Origin: the human T2T-CHM13v2.0 reference genome, Homo sapiens
Direction: 5' to 3' (one strand)
DNA: 64,000 nt
Assembly (NCBI RefSeq): GCF_009914755.1
Contig: NC_060938.1
The notes under the pieces were generated by a model. That model did not search any database. It worked only from the letters and a program-made list of their open reading frames with translations, and was not told where the DNA came from. This document shows, one piece after another, positions 15,206 through 30,044 of this stretch. Made by a program: the position numbers and the translations under genes. Every line of letters starts with the position of its first letter. The first letter of the stretch is position 1.

Positions 15206-15466
15206 TGTTCTCACTCATAGGTGGGAATTAAACAATGACAATACTTGGACACAGGTAGGGGAACATCACATACCAGGGCCTGTCATGGGGTTGGGGGAGA
15301 GGGGAGGGAAAACATCAGGGATATACCTAATGTAAATGATGAGTTAATGGGTGCAGCACACCAACATGGCACATGTGTACATATGTAACAAACCTGCATG
15401 TTGTGCACATGTACCCTAGAACTTAAAGTATAATAAAAATAAATAAATAAATAAATAAATATAAAT
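15206..15466 (+). mobile_element. L1PA5/6-like 3' end (5' truncated)
   Basis: tgttctcactcataggtggg...gtaccctagaacttaaagtataat with (TAAA)n tail. Perfect 15-bp target duplication aaaataatgcagagt at 15191-15205 and 15467-15481, at a TT|AAAA site. Confidence 0.92.
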
Positions 15467-16087
15467 AAAATAATGCAGAGTAAATCTGGAAAACTGTATT
15501 TATGTATAAGCAGTTGATAAAGAATTTTAACCTTAAAAGTTGAATACTGCACTCCAAACAGTTTATTATACAAACTACTAATAATAGGCAGGAGGATCCT
15601 ATAGCTAAAAAGCCAACTACGATTCCCAAATTCCTACAGTTCTTATATTCCATAATATATTTGCATCCTTGCCTACTTGCTCTTAGAAATGGTGCCATGA
15701 TTTATCCAAATACACTTATATACATTTACACAAATGCGTTATCCTTTAAATTAATAGCAACTACTCTGGGAGTAACAAAAGCAGAGCCACATATGTTACA
15801 ATTTGTACCCAATGTTAGAGATAATACCAATTTATTTTAATATACATTTTTGATTCCCTTCAATAGACAAATATGCCTAGGACTAGGGGCAAGACTGATA
15901 AATTTGGCTATTCATTATCTTCAAGAATTACACTATATATTGTGAAAACATATATTTATATTTCACAAGACCTACACTTCACAAGAAGTAAGGCTTCTTG
16001 TAGCTGATAGTTGCTAATTATTATTTCCAAATTAAAGGATTTTTTTAATAACCATGGAGAGTTTGGAAGACTTGTAAATTTACAAGA

Positions 16088-16500
16088 TTAGAAATTTGAC
16101 CTGGGCTCAGGTTGTAATCCACATACTAGCTGTGTAACCTTGGCAAAGGGATTTCTTAATTTTAGTTTTCTTATCTGCAAATTAAGCTGATGAAAATAAG
16201 AATTTAATGAGTAATGAAAAAATGGCACAATGCTCATGAAAGTGTCCTCTAAACACTTTGAATTTTGTAATATATTTGTAAAGAGCAAGGCTTATGTCTG
16301 GCTGCCTAGATTCAGTTCCTAGCTCTATCACCTACTAGCTGGGTATACTTGGGAAAGTAGGCAAGTCTGCACCTTTCAGTTTACGTAAAGTGAGCATAAT
16401 CGTACCTACTTCACATTTTTTAACACTCATAACCTCTTAAGCCAAGGTATGGCATATAGTAAACACTCCATATATTAATATGTTAGTTATTACTATGTTT
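16088..16500 (+). mobile_element. Two adjacent MIR fragments
   Basis: MIR core motifs tactagctgtgtaaccttggcaa and cctagctctatcacctactagctgggtatacttgggaaagt. Confidence 0.7.
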
Positions 16501-18088
16501 TCTTATCACTGTACGTTGTGTATCAATAACCATACTTTATTATTATGCATACATTTCTATATAGATTTTGTTTTATTCATACTTATGATGTCTCGAGTAC
16601 TGAGGATAGGTACTTACACGGTCAAACAAAGGTTTATATAATTCAAATATATAAATATATTTATACCTATATAAATAAATTTTATTGCTGTTGTCTGTTG
16701 TCCAGGAGACACATATGCATTTTACATGAGGATACTATTTGAAGAAAATGACATTTTAGAAAAGACAGGAATAAACCTTTTATAATCTGAATAGTCAGAG
16801 GCATTCCCCCAAAGCCATCCAAGGAAAGAAGATTGCATTTGTCTCCCATTAGACATAATAATTTGATCTATATGTTTGGTTACTATAACAAAATGGCACA
16901 TAATACAGATATCTCAGCTCTCATTCTATTTCTATGAAATAACGAGTTTTGGACATCCCTATATACATCTACTCCTCCCTTACAAGGATAACAAAATGTC
17001 AGTGCTGTCCATTTTTACAAAGGTCAGGGTGTTGCCATGAAAACCAGGGACTAGTAAGTTATAAGGAACTGTCTGATCATGTTAATTATGTTATTGCTTT
17101 CTGGTGGATAAAGGAATTCTAAATTAAAAGGAAGATAAGCCATAAATTATACATCAAAGGCATTTTATAAAAGCATTGAAAAAGAAAGATGCTTTAAAGT
17201 AATTCACAATTTATTTTACCTTCTGGAGCAACTGTTGCTCACAGTGGTAAAATCCTCAACGCAGAATGGCCAGAAAAAATCAAAATTTTATTACTTCTGC
17301 AATAAAAAGGCCATTTGTCTCCTTGTAGAACCCATGTGACATTGTTAGCTCTCTTATAAATGATCACCCTGGACAATGCCTGTTTTACAAATTCCCTAAT
17401 TACACCACTGATTGTATACCACTGAATATGCCTTATCCTGTAGAAATAGACACTACTGCCACCTTAATAAACATTTTGACATAAAACGAAGCTGGCTCTC
17501 TCATCTTTTGTCAAGAGCAAAATGAAACAACCAGTGAACACAATGTTCCATCAACAGATCAGGGTCACATGTTCTTTAGAGCAAATGAGGTTTAATTAAC
17601 AGATCCGTTAATAGATAACTAATTAAAAAAGGAGTGTCTTCTTATAGCTGCATGAAGGCCTTATTAACAAATATTCTACTGAAGCATGATTGCATTCTAC
17701 AAACCATTCTGCTAGTCTGTAGAAGTATACAGAAGTTTACAATAAACATATGGACCTAATTTTAAAACCACATAAAAACTTATATAATGTGATTGATTGG
17801 AATGATAGATAACTCATTCTGGACTAATACGTGTGAAGAGTTTAATACAATTTTTTAAATATGGTTTTACATTGCATTTTATTCCCAAGAAAGGACATTT
17901 CTGTTTAAATGTCAACTATATCTATTTTGTTTACAAGTATTATTTAGAAAGCCATGGTAAAAGTGGACTACTTACGTTTCATTTACAGTGGACTGTCATT
18001 CATGCCAAATGCATTTTAGACATCGACATTTAAACTGCTTGTCATTTTATTATTTCTACTTCACATACTTAAATTACCAGCATACAGA

Positions 18089-18548
18089 TACAATTCTTCC
18101 TTGATATTCACAGGACATGGAGATGGAGGTGGGGGAAGGTATTGGTTCCAGACCACATCAGATACCAAAATCTGTAGGTTTTCAAGTCCCTTATATAAAA
18201 TGGCATAGTATTTGCATATAACCTATCTCATCTTCCCACACATGTTAAAAAATCTCTAGATTAGTTATAATATCTAATACAATGTAAATGCTATTTAATA
18301 GTAGTACTATATTAGTTTTTATTTGTATAATTTTTATTGTTGTATTTTTAATTGTTTTTTCTTCTGAATATTTTTTTATAATTTCGACTTTTATTTTAGA
18401 CTCAAGGGGTACATATGCAGTTTTGTTACATGAGTATATTCCATGATGCTGATCTCTGGGGTAGGAATGATCCTGTCACACAGTGAGCACAGTTCAAGAT
18501 TGATTGAATTCATGGATGTAGAAACCCTATATATAGAGGGCTGACTGT
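18089..18548 (+). mobile_element. MER2 (TcMar-Tigger), interrupted by an L1 fragment
   Basis: ttggttccag...gataccaaaatc...caagtcccttatataaaatggcatagtatttgcatataacc...gagggctgactgta matches the recalled MER2 consensus. Confidence 0.85.
18370..18493 (-). mobile_element. Old L1PA (PA15-17-like) 3' end inserted in MER2
   Basis: acttttattttagactcaaggggtacatatgcag..ttgttacatgagtatatt is an antisense L1PA 3' terminus. Confidence 0.75.
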
Positions 18549-18964
18549 ATTTCCTTTCATATTCTGCATAGAATGTTTTCAAAAGTGCAGTGGCAGTCTT
18601 CTCTTTTCACATATTTTTGGTCTAGTCATTATTGCTGACAGAACACCTATAAAATTTGGGAAATTCTGATTTCTTTACCCATCATATACTTGGAGAGGAT
18701 TCCACTGTTCTCAACTCTTTCCCTCCCCTGCAAATCATTGCTCTGCAACCTTTTCTAAAGCTTTTGGCCCTGATCCTCAGCATCCTCTTGGGCTAAATTT
18801 CACCCAACAGGACTTGCCAGGCTCCAATTCCTTAGTCAAATAGGTCAGAAGGCAGATACAATGTGATTTGAGGTTTCTAAAATGGATTCCCTCATCAAAA
18901 ATACATTTCTCAGAGTGTATCTCTGGAGCCTAAAATCTCATTACTTGAGCCCATTCCATTGAAA

Positions 18965-19220
18965 GACTGTGTGTTCTGTGTAAAGAACCAAGGTTCTTCA
19001 GCCAGAATTCACCTATGTTCAACACTGTATGTCACTACTTAGTAACTGTGGTGTCAATAAAAGTCAGGCCTACGCTTTCTACAGCTTAAGCTTCTCATAC
19101 GTAAAATGAATATAATCACAAAATCTGCTTAAATGGTGTCCTGAGGCGTCAGTGAAATACCAACTGTAAAGTGTTTAACCTAGCAATGAGAATGTAAGAA
19201 GCATTCCAAACACCTTAGAT
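18965..19220 (+). mobile_element. MIR
   Basis: gtcactacttagtaactgtg...cttctcatacgtaaaatga...tgtaaagtgtttaac. Confidence 0.6.
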
Positions 19221-22200
19221 TTTCTGTCTACTTGTAACTTACTTTGAAATACTTCAGCATATGGCAACACTTTGTATCTTAAATTTGGTGTTGACATGGG
19301 TGTTCACAAAACTGCATGCTTACAATTTATGCATTTTTCTGTGTTTCTGTTATACACTGAAATAAGAGTTGAAAAAATAATTCACCATAAACAATGTGAC
19401 CTTCATTTGTGTGCTGTAAATTTTATTGTATATACTAGTGATGCTGTTAATATAATGCTACTCATGTGTATCCACTCCAGTTGCAGTTAGATAGCAATTT
19501 AGAAACCCAAACCATGGGTCCACTGTTTTCAGGCAGCTAGGAGAAGGCAAGTATCATCTTGATCTGAACTAAAGAAATTTTAATGTAGCATGATGTTGAA
19601 TATGGTCTTCCATGGTGAAATAAATACTATTAAAGATACTTGCATTGGTGAGAATAAGTAAGATCTCTCCCAACTTTTGGGAGCGGGATATGGGACTGGC
19701 AAGGAGACTCTAACATCCTAACACTTTTTGGAGTGGCATCCTTGGAATATGGCTCTGATAATCTTGTGCCCCATGATCAACAGAATAAGTCATCACATGA
19801 TCCAACTAGAATGTTACCTGAATCACTTCTAGAATATTGCAACACCTGTCAACAATGACCATTTCTTGCAAGGCCTTTGTCAAAGGGATATGACTGAATA
19901 TTTGAAATGCCTGAGATAATAAAGGGAAATATTCATTTAATCTAAGATTTTAAGGCATGCTGCAAGCTTTCATACTGGATTTGAAATCTGAGATTTCAAG
20001 GTCAAGTCAGGTGGAAGTGAACACAGTATATATGCTTCTGGGGTCTATTTCCTTCTCTATAAAATGAAAGGCATTAGGTCATCAATAAGCCCTCAGTATT
20101 TTAAATCCGTGCTAATAATTAAGACATGTAGGTTATCTTTTAAAATTGTTTTATGAAACAAATATGTGGAGACCTGTCCCAGTAATCTTTTATTTTCTTT
20201 TTAAATTAAGAATAGATATTTAGAACACACCACATGTTCCATAAAGGCACCATCAAAACCCAAATTCAAGTTTTTCTAAATTTTTCTCATCCCTTTTCCA
20301 AACCTCACTGATATCTAACAATGTTGAATGAAAAATAATCAAAAGATTATGAAAATTAGGTTCTTTTAAAACTGAAAAGATATTTATTGGCAAGCAGATT
20401 TGAGGGGAGAAGTTCTTTGCACTAATCATAGTTCTAGCTATTTGGAACCCTTGAAAGAAAGAGCTTTAAGACATTCCAACTGTAAAATGAAACTTAAACA
20501 CACCACATACAAATTAAATCACTTTAATAACTGTTCTCTCTGTTGCTAAGAGGTCTAGAGTTCTAGAGCTTTCACTACCACATAGAAGAAAATGGTGATG
20601 AAACTGTTAGCCTGTGGATCCAATCATCATAAATACTGCTATTTAATTTTCTTTTTGCCAATTGTGAATGGTAGGTTAGTAGTGTCATCTGTGACCATAA
20701 AAATCTGAAGTGTGATCATAACTACATTAGTAGTGAACATACCATTTCCTATACCTCTATCTTCTCCTCTAATAAAAAACTTCAGGATTGGTCTTGGTAT
20801 TATAGCCTTAAAATAATATGCTGTAATGTACATTCCATTGTTAACTATAAATCTGGTGGAAGCATTTATTCTTTATCAGCGAATGGAGATATCTGTCACA
20901 AGTGTTTCTTTAACTCTAATACATCATTACTCACTGTTATCATTTTAAATGCAAATTTTGAAGCTAAAAATTATTTTCAGCCCTCATTGGATTGGAGAAT
21001 TTTATATCCAGTCGTTTAAAATTCAAATAGTTTCTATGTTCCCATTGCTTGCATTAGAAAAGAAAGAAGGGCACAGGAAGTATATATTGGGTATACTCTC
21101 TCATTTCTCTTTGATCTGCTCTTGCTTTCCTATCACCTGAGAATTTGAAAAAGTATTTAATATTATCAAATGAAGAAAGTCCCAAACACATGGGACAGTA
21201 ATTAGACAAAAGCTAATTAAGCACTGTTAAATAATAAGTTGTAAAGTCAAACCTTTGTTCTGATATTTGGGGAAAATATTGGAGTATTTTCAGTTGATAA
21301 TTGGAGGGAAATTATAAATCCAATGTTCTTTCCATAGTAATACAGATTCAATTTTATGTGAAAAATTCTAATAGAAAAACATGTTTAATGTTTACTGAAC
21401 AATTACAGGAAATAATAGAATACTCTCCATTTTTATATTTATGTCCCTCAAAATATAACTAGTAAAATATTGATATAACTTATGCTTCTCAAAACAACTT
21501 GCAACTAACGATGTTTTAAATAATCCCTTTCACTCCTTTAAATGGTCTTCTTGAAAAGAGGATTCATATAATTGTCACCTTCTATGAGTGTCTATAATGC
21601 TACCTGTGGCTTGTTTAAGAAGATGCCGCATAATCTGAGGATGGATGTTCTTCATACCAAAATACTCTATTTAAACTCTGATGACCTCTTATCTTGACCT
21701 TCCCATTTTCCCCTCTCCTTTCCTCTCTTCCTCTTAATCCTCTGTCTCATTCTGTCGGTCTCTGTCACACTCCCTCACTCTTTCCATATTCAATCCTTTC
21801 ACTTAAATGAAAATAAGAGCTCACTTCCATTATCAAAATTTATGCATCAATATTATGGTTTCTGGGACAAATACAATCATTCACATTTATTTTCATGCCG
21901 GTGAAGAAGTACTGAAGGCTGTGAAGATGCTCTAAATACAAAAAGCTTTCCACTGCATGGATATTCTTTTTTTCTACTCAAATTAGAGAGCTTATTTTCC
22001 TTGATTTCCATTGATCAGTCATTCTCATTTGCTTCACAGTTTCTTCTTTTTTTATCATCTCCTTGGACAGTAATAGCTTTGCTTCTTATTCTCTTCTTGG
22101 GTGAGCCCATCTGTTTCAAATTAATACAATTACTTGTGAAGTCTATGTTTTAGTTCTGACCTTTTCCTGATCATCAGAACTGATTTTCTAATTGCTCACC

Positions 22201-22425
22201 AGAAACATGAGGATGTTTCACCATCCCTTCAGCTACAACTAATCTCAAACCATTTTGTTCTCTCAAACCTTCTCACAAACATACATCCTTTATGTGACAT
22301 TACTGTATTCTAAATGACCGAGGCATAACAGTTTGGGATCATAGAAGCAAAACAACATACTTAAAAGGAATGGAAGAACTCATCTAAGCCAACAGCTTTC
22401 AACTATGAGTAGCAAATACTCCTAG

Positions 22426-22429
22426 TGTG

Positions 22430-22485
<56 letters not shown>

Positions 22486-22511
22486 TATATATATACACAC
22501 ACACATATATG
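22426..22511. repeat. Compound (TA)n/(CA)n microsatellite
   Basis: Read directly from the sequence. Confidence 0.95.
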
Positions 22512-23137
22512 TCTGAGAATCAGAATCCTTTGTCCAAATATAATCTTACACAGAAGTCCTATGTATACAAGAGAAACATATTTTACTCTGATTGAAGTTG
22601 AAAAGGGAAGAAATGAGTAAAATTCTCTGCTGGTTATTTCGCTTCTCTCTGCAGTTCAGTAGCACTTGCAAATATTCCAAATTGCCATTAAAACACTATT
22701 TGGAAATCAGTTCTCCAGCTGATCCCATAATTCTATAGATGAAAAGTTTTGAGGCCCAGTCAGACCAAGGTCATAAAGCTACTAGGAGGTAAATTTGGGC
22801 CTGGACTCTGCACTACATTAGTCTGCCTGATATCAATCAGGCTTTTTCTTAAATTGACTTAAGAACATTGGTCATTGACTTAACTGCCCTTTTATGAGAG
22901 AGATTGTGAGTACTACCCAGCACCTTATCTGATTCCTATCTATCTGTCCAACTGAATAAATGGTACCCTTCACACACAATCTGCAGAATGTTTTCTTACG
23001 CTCCCTTTCATTCATTCTATTTCCTCAAACTTTGCCTTGTAAATATTCCAAACCTGTGGTGGAGAGATAAGAAATCTAACATGCAAAGAGGTTAACTGAC
23101 TTCTCAGATGTTGTTCCTGAGTGAGTCTCAAAGCTTT

Positions 23138-23732
<595 letters not shown>

Positions 23733-23801
23733 AAGCTTTCTGTATCTTTTTTTTCTTATCTAGCCACTATTCATAAAATATTGCTTGTCCCCGTTGTCCA
23801 A

Positions 23802-23863
23802 TTTTTTTTTCTTTTCTTTTTTTTTTTTTTTTTTTCCAACAGATCTCACTCTGTCACCCAGGC
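23802..23863 (-). mobile_element. Severely 5'-truncated Alu (tail plus about 28 nt)
   Basis: T-rich tail followed by acagatctcactctgtcacccaggc; caattttt on both sides. Confidence 0.75.
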
Positions 23864-24500
23864 AATTTTTATCTTAATGAAAGTGTTTTGCCTCTCTCTG
23901 TTACATTATCTCCAAATGATTCACTGACTATTCTGTCACAATGCAAAGGTAGTCTCACTGTTTGGGAAACAGGAAAAGCTGTCATTGTCAGATTGATTGT
24001 TAAGCCTTAAGAATGTCTTTTGAAATTCTCTTTTATTTCTCCACCATCATTTCTCTAATTGTCTCTTTTCTGAACTCTGCAGATTCACCAACTGAATTGG
24101 CTCCCAAAGCACAAATCAGATCATATTGCCTCCCTGATAAATACTTTGGTCATTCTTGATTGTGTGAATGTGAGCTAATAAGATCTAATGAGATTCATTT
24201 CCTCCTAAGATCTAGTGCCTTATTCTTAATCCAGCTCAGATGCTACCTGCTGCTCTATGGAACTCTTGCTGACTAGATTCAATAACATTATTCTGTGTGC
24301 TCCCCTATAACTTCTATAGTTTATTAAAGCAAATGCTAGATTATATCTGTTAATAAGATTTTACCTCAATCTTATAAAATGTATTAATGTTTGTATAGAC
24401 AAGTAACGGTTACATGTGAGTTTAATTTGCTAGTAAGCCCATGAGGTTTAGCTTTGTAATTATTTTATTTCTGAATTAATAGGATATCAAAAGTGTAGGT

Positions 24501-24717
24501 TTGAGGTCAATGCATTACAGCCTGTGGGCAAAATATGGCTACCACCTGTTTTTGTAAATAAAGTATTATTGGAACACAGCTGTGCCCATTTATTTATTGC
24601 CTATGGCAGCTTGCCCATTATCATAGCAGAGTGGAATAGTTGTGATGGAAACCATATGGCCTGAAAAGCTGAAAATATTTACTATCCAGCCCTTTACGAA
24701 ATGTTTGCCAGTCTCTG
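24501..24717 (+). mobile_element. MER58A (hAT-Charlie)
   Basis: cctgtttttgtaaataaagtattattggaacacagc...aaaatatttactatccagccctttac. Confidence 0.85.
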
Positions 24718-26407
24718 ATGTCCATCATTAATTCAGAGGTCATGGATTTTACTTCACAATTTTGGATTCAAGGAAAGAAATTAATATTTCTCTGTTCAGT
24801 ACCTCAGATGCTAATTACATAACTTTTGATTGCAGGGTAGCTTCCTCTGATCAAAGCTCTGTCAGGGTATTTTATGTGATAGTCTTATGACTTCTACTTA
24901 CATAAAATAACCTATTCCTTACTATAGCCATTCTATAAAACTTCAGTTTTAATCAGCAGAATTTCATGAGTTTCTATTCCTCCTTAATTGGAGAAAGGAC
25001 AAGGAAGCAAATCTAATTAATTGGACTTAGTCATTTTTTCTGTTGCCCTCCTGTTTGTTAACTATTCTTCTTTCTTGTGTACTGTAGTCCTGTGTTATCA
25101 ACAACTTTCATTTTGCAGATGTGAATACTTGTACAGACACTGGTTAACTAAAATAATTATAGTAACTAGATGGGTGGCAGCAAACTAAAATTTTGAACAG
25201 ATTTTCTCAATTGGTCACCACTAGGCACCTATGCCTATGCTTCAGCTTCTTGTTTAAACTTCAAAATTTGGATCCACTTTCTGCCTATAAAATGTCCATG
25301 TACTCTAACAAGGTAGAAAAAAGATCATCAAAATCTGTATTGAGTCTTCTGCTATATTTGTCCACCAGATGTCTCATCATGGGAATTCCACAGATCAGCA
25401 GTTTCACTGTTTAGGTTTTCGAGGCATGATGCAGATGCTTCTGAGTTTACTATAAACCTACAAGTTTGTCAAGTCATGCAAAGAAATAAGTGCAAGCTAA
25501 TGAGCATCCAAGGACTCTACCATGGAATAATACTGGAAGAAGCAATGAGATATTTTGCAACAATGCCTTTGAAAATTAAGTCTACTGCTGTATAACGATT
25601 ATATTTTTGCAAATGAGTGACAATCAAGTGACAATAATTAAGAATTTAACTTTCATCAAAATTTTAGGCTAAAATTCACATGCATTTTTCAGCAAGTATG
25701 TGAAGTTTTTTTATTTTGTAAAATTGAATTATAGCGTATAGTATATTTAATTATAGCATATAGTATATTTAATTTTTTAATTGAAACATTTATAACAATT
25801 TTAACTTACCTGCAGTCTAGCCAGATAAAATATAGCTTCAGTAATAAAAAACTATAAAGTTGTAATAAACCAATATAATTTGCTTATATTCATATCAATG
25901 AATATCAGCCCTACAGTAAAAACAATAATTATCACTTTAATATTCTTGAGACTTTCTTCATCCTCTATACTCTGCCAAATATATCCTCCTTCCACTGTCA
26001 CTAGCGCAATGCTACTTTTGTCAAGTTTTAACTCAAATGTCATTTCTCTGTAAAAGTTTCTTATACCCACATGAACAAAAAATTCACAATTTCTACAGAA
26101 GTCCGATCAAGCTTTAAGCACAGTATGCAACCACTATATATTGCCTAGTTTCTACGTAATCTGTCTTGATGATTTAGATTGTAAGCTCCTTAAGGGCAAG
26201 GCCTATTTGTACTATCACCATATAACACAGAGTGTATATGTAGCAATAACACAGGAAAGAAATCTAAAGGAAACACTAATTTTAAATTAAAAAAAAAATA
26301 CTCCCAATGAAACAATTTGCATGTTTAAAGATGAAAGTAAGACAACCTATAATCACATATATCATAGTTTTTATCAATCAAATTCAAACTCCAAAACACA
26401 TGAGGCC

Positions 26408-26562
26408 TCTCTTTTCTTCTTTCCTTTTCTTTCCCTCCTCTCCCCTCCCCTCCCCTCCTTTCCCCTCCCTTCTTCTCTCCTCTCCAATCTGCCTTGCCTT
26501 GCCTTACCTTGCCCTGCCCTACCTTGCCCTGCCCTGCCCTGCCTTGCCTTGCCTTGCCTTGC
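26408..26562. repeat. Pyrimidine-rich tract followed by (CCTTG/CCCTG)n pentamer repeat
   Basis: Read directly; contiguous with the tail of the adjacent Alu monomer. Confidence 0.9.
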
Positions 26563-26714
26563 TTTTTTGAGACAGAGTCTTGGTCTGTCAACCAGGTTGA
26601 AGTGAAGTGGTACCATGATAGCTCACTGCAGCCTCAAACTTCTGGCCTAAAGGGATCCTCCTGAGTCAGCCTCCCAGATTGCTGGGATTACAGTGTGAGC
26701 CACCATGCCTGGCC
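26563..26714 (-). mobile_element. Alu monomer (FRAM/FAM-like)
   Basis: About 150-bp single arm with an Alu 5' end and right-arm 3' end, and no middle A-rich linker. Confidence 0.8.
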
Positions 26715-27627
26715 CTAAACTGTCTTCTAAAATCAGATCATTGTCTTTTGAGAATATGAATAATTCTGTAAATTAGGATTTACTTCCCTGAAATATTTTG
26801 TATTTCAATTTTAAAAGTCATCAAAAACATATGTTGAAATGTGGCTCTGTCATTTAAGAAAAATGATTTTCTGTCTCAGGTAAAAATGCCTTGTGGTATC
26901 TCAGCCTCTACTTAAAAAATATCATTATATGACTCTTAAAACACAGTAACACTCAAATTGAATGATGAAGAATTAAAGAGAGAGGAAAAAGAAACAACAG
27001 AGTAACAATTGAGATTCGATGTAAGATTTTATATGAAAAACAAAAAGCTCAGAAATTTTCAAAATGTTTTAAAATGTCACCCTAAAATGCCTTATATTTA
27101 ACATAAAGAAATGCTTAGCCCACAAGTCAGCTACTGACCATTTGGTCAATGCTCAATTTCTTATAATAGAAATACTAGCAAAACCAAGAATCTAACACAT
27201 CACCACATATATATTTATGTCTTACATTGTTGCTTCCTTTTCTTTGACTCACTCATCCCATTTGTGTGAATTTCCTCAGTATCCTCCAGGGTTCATAAAA
27301 TTGATATAATCCAAGATTTCCTTGTATGCTATAGCTTATTCATTTTCACTGTTCAAACTATATCCTAGAATACACCTATTTTCATATTAAAGCACTTTAG
27401 TCTTCAATAGTATTGGGATAAATATCATTTTAATGATGTCAGTTGAATCATACAATCTCAGATTTATAGAACTTTATACTGCATTCTAGTATTCCACTCT
27501 ATTGTAAGCAAATTGGAACATCAAAGGTCAGTTTTGGCTTGAAGACAGAATATGTAATCATCTTCAGTAACTCATTCTTTAGGTTAGGCATCATCTTCTG
27601 TAGGCCTTCTATCACAATAAAATCTCC

Positions 27628-27791
27628 TAGGCCATCTAGCCTCAAGAGCCTGCCATCCGTGTAGCCACACTTAGAACAGCCCCAAATTTGCTTTAATGCT
27701 TTGATGTTGCCATAGTGAGTTTATTAATTTTTGAACAAGGGGCATGCATTTTTATTTTCACTGGACACCACAAATTGAGGAGCTGCTCCTG
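27628..27791 (+). mobile_element. MER91A-like (hAT-Tip100)
   Basis: tttaatgctttgatgttgcc...aatttttgaacaaggggc...cactggacaccacaaatt...tcctg. Confidence 0.7.
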
Positions 27792-27954
27792 TCTTTGGGA
27801 GTGATAAAACATTAAGTCACTATAAATTTGTCTATCAAATAACTTTAAGTCAGTAGGGAATTACAATAAGGGCAGTAAGAGGCACAGCAAATGTCTATAT
27901 TATAGAGACAATGGGAGGGGAGAAAACCTAAAATGAAAGGTGTATGCATAAATT

Positions 27955-28085
27955 AGTCATTTTGTTAGTTAATAATTATCTGTTTAGTACCTTCTATGTG
28001 CCATGTATTGTTTCGGCTATTGAGATTATAGCAATGAGTGATGCAGACAAAGTCTCAGACTTCGTAGAGCTTCCATTCTATGGAG
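27955..28085 (-). mobile_element. L2 3' fragment
   Basis: tagtaccttctatgtgcca...gagattatagcaatgag..agacaaagtctc...agagcttccattcta. Confidence 0.65.
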
Positions 28086-30044
28086 AAACCACATCTATCT
28101 GTAGTTAAGTGGGTACTTTCCAGGGGTAGTGTTTTGGAAGAAGTCAATATATTTCTTTTATCTCCAATAGTGTTACCTTGGGTAGCCAGGCAAATTAATG
28201 ATAGTTAGGAAAATTTAATGATTACAACCAATCTCTTATTACTAATCTTGAATTTTCTTTAAAGGATTGGTGGAAATTTCACAAATCAATGTTGGTCATC
28301 TTTACTATTTTGTCATATATAACACATAGTTTCAAACAGGCAATATAACTAGTATGTTTAAAAATAAATGTTAGGGCTCGTTTTGTGAGCCCTGTATATA
28401 ATGCTGCTTTCTTGTCTCCATTCTGTGCTCCATCTTTTGTCTAAGTTTAATGGTATATAAACTGTGCTCCCATCAAAGGAGTTCTTTTAGATAAAAGCAT
28501 TGATTCTTTGGATCTGAGCTTTGTGTCACTGGTTCTGTAAAGGAAACAAACAAAAAAAACCCAGCCAAACCAAACCAAACAAAGAAATGGTTTTGATTAA
28601 GTCTAGAACATTTATGGGAAACTATCCCTCAGAAAATGAGGACAAATTATCCTGGATCTACAAAATTTGCTCTTACTCTCTTACAGGAAATATTATATTG
28701 GAATGTCATACAGTACAGTGTACAGTGTCACCTAGCACACTGAGGTGAAGAATCAATGGATATTTGTTGATTGAATGAATACATAAACAAGTGATAACTG
28801 ACTGTGTGTATCAACAGTTTTCCCTCAGATATCCTAAAATAATCCATCTCTTAGCGCTAGCACCAACGTTTAAATATGTTAGAATTTTTTTAAAAATGTT
28901 TTTATTGTCTCTAGCTTTTTTTTAAGCTAGAAAAGAAATAATGTCCAAACACAAGTACTTTTCATCACCCTAATTTCCTTTTGTTTTAGTGATAGATGAT
29001 AAAAATTGAATATCTTCTAGGAACAAAGCACAATTGTGCAAAGTTAGCACATTTTTGTTAGCCTGAATCATAAACTTCTATTCTTAAGGAGTAAAATCAA
29101 TCCAGTGTTCACTGCAATTTGGAACCATGAGAAGGCACAAAATTATAGGTGAATACTTCAAAGTACAAGATACAAAACGCTGCCTGATCATGTGTCTACT
29201 ACATTTGTCTCTATGTTTTCAACACATATTATTTATCTTTCATGATGTAAGAATCTTCCATTAAAATTCAATTTGGTAACAAGCTGGCAAAACAAATACA
29301 GCTACTTTGAAACTCTGGATGTGTGCTGATTGTGCCTCATAGAATCACAGGGCTTTAAAGCATCTGAATGAACCCTCCTCCACCAAATCCCTGTAATTTT
29401 CCTTGTCAACAGATGTACATTTAATCAAGAAAAAACTAATAACATGTTTTCGTTTTTAACTTTAAAAGAAAGAATTTCACTCCAATATATTTTCGTACTT
29501 AACTATTTTCATTATGAACAGATTTTACCATATGATTCTGCAAAAAAATCACATCTGACTACAACTTTAACATATCAATTTTTGTTAGTGTAGGGTACAT
29601 TTCTTACATATTTTGCATTTGAACACTCTTAAATTATCTCTCAGTATTTTCTTCTTAGCACTATATAGTTATGCTTTGTTTAAAATTTCTGAAAATTGTC
29701 TTAACTCTAGACATTTGTTGTTTAATTTTATTAATATAATTTTAGACTCTTCAGAGTATTTTGATGAAATACTAGTATTATTTAACTTATAAGCCTATAT
29801 CTATCTTAGTCAATGCTATTAATTTTATTTGGATAATTTCTGTAAAATCTTATGTAAATCTAAATCAAAACTGATAAAACAGTGTTTCAGAACCTAGTAT
29901 TCATTGAGCATTCAGAACATTATAATTTTGTTTTTAGGAAACTTAAAAGGGAAAAAATATTTTTAACTAAAACCTACTTGATCTGTTAAACTTCAATCAT
30001 TCTAAATGTGAACATCTTTTACATCATAAATATATGCCTCTTAC

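Noticed and set aside
20639-20833. 64-aa ORF with faint resemblance to Helitron/PIF1 words (IGNG, NLPFT)
   Set aside because: Only two short words match, with wrong spacing and no helicase motifs; probably chance. An HMM search would settle it.
25727-25774. 22-bp tandem duplication
   Set aside because: Ordinary slippage duplication in AT-rich sequence.
26307-26616. Four overlapping ORFs on both strands
   Set aside because: Stop-free only because of the CT-rich and pentamer repeat.
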